The position numbers were made by a program, and so were the translations under genes. Positions 62,221-64,000 of a stretch of 64,000 nucleotides of DNA are shown piece after piece. Below the pieces are notes generated by a model. That model searched no databases. It was not told the origin of the DNA and saw only the letters and a list, made by a program, of their open reading frames with translations. How positions within the stretch are numbered: the first letter of the stretch is position 1; every line of letters starts with the position of its first letter. Source of the stretch: Eledone cirrhosa (lineage: Eukaryota); assembly GCA_964016885.1 (NCBI GenBank), contig OZ024745.1, positions 66,340,001 through 66,404,000 on the forward strand, written 5' to 3'.

Positions 62221-62418
62221 TTTGTATTGTCCCATTCATATGTTGGTATTGTCCCATTCATAAGTTGGTATTGTCCCATTCATATGTTGGTATTGTCACA
62301 TTCATATGTTGGTATTGTCCCATTCATATGTTGGTATTGTCCGATTCATATGTTGGTATTGTCCTATTCGTATTTTGGCATTGTCCCATTCATAAGTTGG
62401 TATTGTCACATTCATATG
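62221..62418. repeat. 22-bp minisatellite, 9 copies
   Basis: Unit TTGGTATTGTCCCATTCATATG, head-to-tail with no spacers. Confidence 0.96.
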
Positions 62419-62854
62419 CATCCTCAATACTATGAAAATGTGTGACAAACTATTTTAGACAAATATAATATAAACATATTTCAGTTATGTAATTGGAATA
62501 TTTCGTTTTATGTTTTTTGTGTGATGAGAAGTTACGATGTAATTTGATTGAAGCCATTTCAGTTAGTCAGAGACATTTGGAATAGAATATAGGAAATAAA
62601 ACAGCAATTCAGACTTGAGGCTGAGAGAACTTACTATTTCTTTTAATGCATTGTTAATGTAGATTCTGAACATAACAAAAGGTTATTTGCATCTCATAAC
62701 ATACTAGAAACAAATAATCTATTTACGAACCAAAGTTTCAGAAGCCTCAGTGCCTCAAAGAAAATGCCTTATAATACATATATATACATATAAATACATA
62801 TACATATAAATACATATACATATAAATACATATATATATGTATATAGTTTTTCG

Positions 62855-62992
62855 AATGTTAATAACAATATTCGATTCGTTTGCAATATGCCATCACAAG
62901 AGCAAGAATGAAGGGTTGATTCTACTGACATGGCTATGGAATTGAGGCTTGTTAGCATATTTACAAAAAAATCGAATGTTGTTATTAACATT
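62855..62992. mobile_element. Small foldback/MITE with 23-bp terminal inverted repeats
   Basis: AATGTTAATAACAATATTCGATT / AATCGAATGTTGTTATTAACATT (22/23), with further internal pairing. Confidence 0.7.
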
Positions 62993-63410
62993 AAAAAAAC
63001 TCAGATTACATTTGTTGTGTTCGGCCATGTAGGGCAAAAATGTTCTTTTTTATACATATACATATATATATATATATATCATCATCATCCTCATCATACA
63101 TACATATATATACATACAGAATTCACAAGAATCAAAGCTATGTTCAAAGCATTTATTCACTTACAATTGTTTGAACATAGCTTTGATTCTTGTGAATTGT
63201 ATATAACTGCACTGTAGAACAACTGATGTTATTACATTGAGCTATTTATCTTACTGGTAATAAGGTAGTAATAAATTACTGACCTTCTCTGTTTAGGGTT
63301 TAAAATATACATAACTATAAACAGTTTTAGTATATACATAACCATAAATAGTATCCTTAATATTATTTAGTGCTCCATACTGTTGAGCTAACATACAATA
63401 AATTACCAGT

Positions 63411-64000
63411 ATGCTGATCAAAGACCAACTCCCTTTGTCAACCAAGAACATAGCAATACCATCCAAGGATACATACGAGAAATTATTGATCAACAGTGTC
63501 AACTCCTTTATCAATAGAATGAGATGGAGGACATTCCATTATGATAAAAACAAATCTAACAAAGTTGACAATACTAACAAATTCGGCTCCTTCGGCTTTA
63601 AAACTTTTAGAAGCCCCCCTCACAACACACTACTAAACTCCTTTAAAAATAACCTAATAAAACTAGTTAAGAACATTAAATACAAAAAGCATCGTAATAA
63701 AAACAACACCTTCTTAAACAAACTCAACTCCTCTATTAAGGGATTCAAAACAAGTAGTAAAATGATTGTGCATGTGGACAAAACTAATAACATATACAGC
63801 CTAGATTATGATACATATAGAAAGTTTATATATAATGAACTACATAAGAGCTACAAGAAAACTACTATGAAAAACTTAGAAGAAATTAATATAGAGGGCC
63901 GTAGTATAGTGTCCAAACTAGGACTTCAGAGGCATACACAACCATACACCCCAAACACCCCTAGATTCTCTCTGAAGGACCATAAGGAGGATTTCATTAG
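63411..64000 (+). CDS. Penelope-like element (Naiad/Chlamys type) RT-GIY-YIG polyprotein N-terminus, open to window end
   Basis: Not in the ORF track (no stop in window). 196 open codons: MLIKDQLPLSTKNIAIPSKDTYEKLLINSVNSFINRMRWR..FGFKT..PP..VHVDKTNNIY..YKK..IN.EG..LKDHKEDF; the DKT and LKDHK motifs are typical of this PLE clade. Confidence 0.85.
   Translation, partial: MLIKDQLPLSTKNIAIPSKDTYEKLLINSVNSFINRMRWRTFHYDKNKSNKVDNTNKFGSFGFKTFRSPPHNTLLNSFKNNLIKLVKNIKYKKHRNKNNTFLNKLNSSIKGFKTSSKMIVHVDKTNNIYSLDYDTYRKFIYNELHKSYKKTTMKNLEEINIEGRSIVSKLGLQRHTQPYTPNTPRFSLKDHKEDFI

Noticed and set aside
62221-62418. Regular 22-bp repeats resembling a CRISPR array
   Set aside because: Units are contiguous with no unique spacers, there are no cas genes, and the context is eukaryotic; it is a minisatellite.

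Overview
AT-rich eukaryotic (animal) genomic DNA, intronic or intergenic. The SINE/LINE repertoire and dense (TA)n/(CA)n/(AAT)n microsatellites look like an octopus or other cephalopod genome; this is an inference, not verified. No host protein-coding gene can be firmly supported, and every recognisable protein-coding ORF is transposon-derived. Contents: (1) RTE-clade LINEs carrying a C4HC3 PHD-like finger right after the RT core, with a partner tRNA-derived SINE; (2) three Tx1-clade copies, one full-length, one 5'-truncated and one ORF1-only 'half' element; (3) several R4/Dong-clade RLE fragments; (4) a second tRNA-SINE family; (5) non-autonomous Helitrons, mariner and piggyBac-like MITEs and foldbacks; (6) two Naiad/Chlamys-type Penelope-like elements and two hammerhead ribozyme candidates. 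The most striking structure is a ~9.7 kb train (34.0-43.7 kb) of Tx1 (minus strand) and R4/Dong (plus strand) retroelements separated almost only by (AAT)n. All calls come from reading and motif recognition by eye; no database searches were run.
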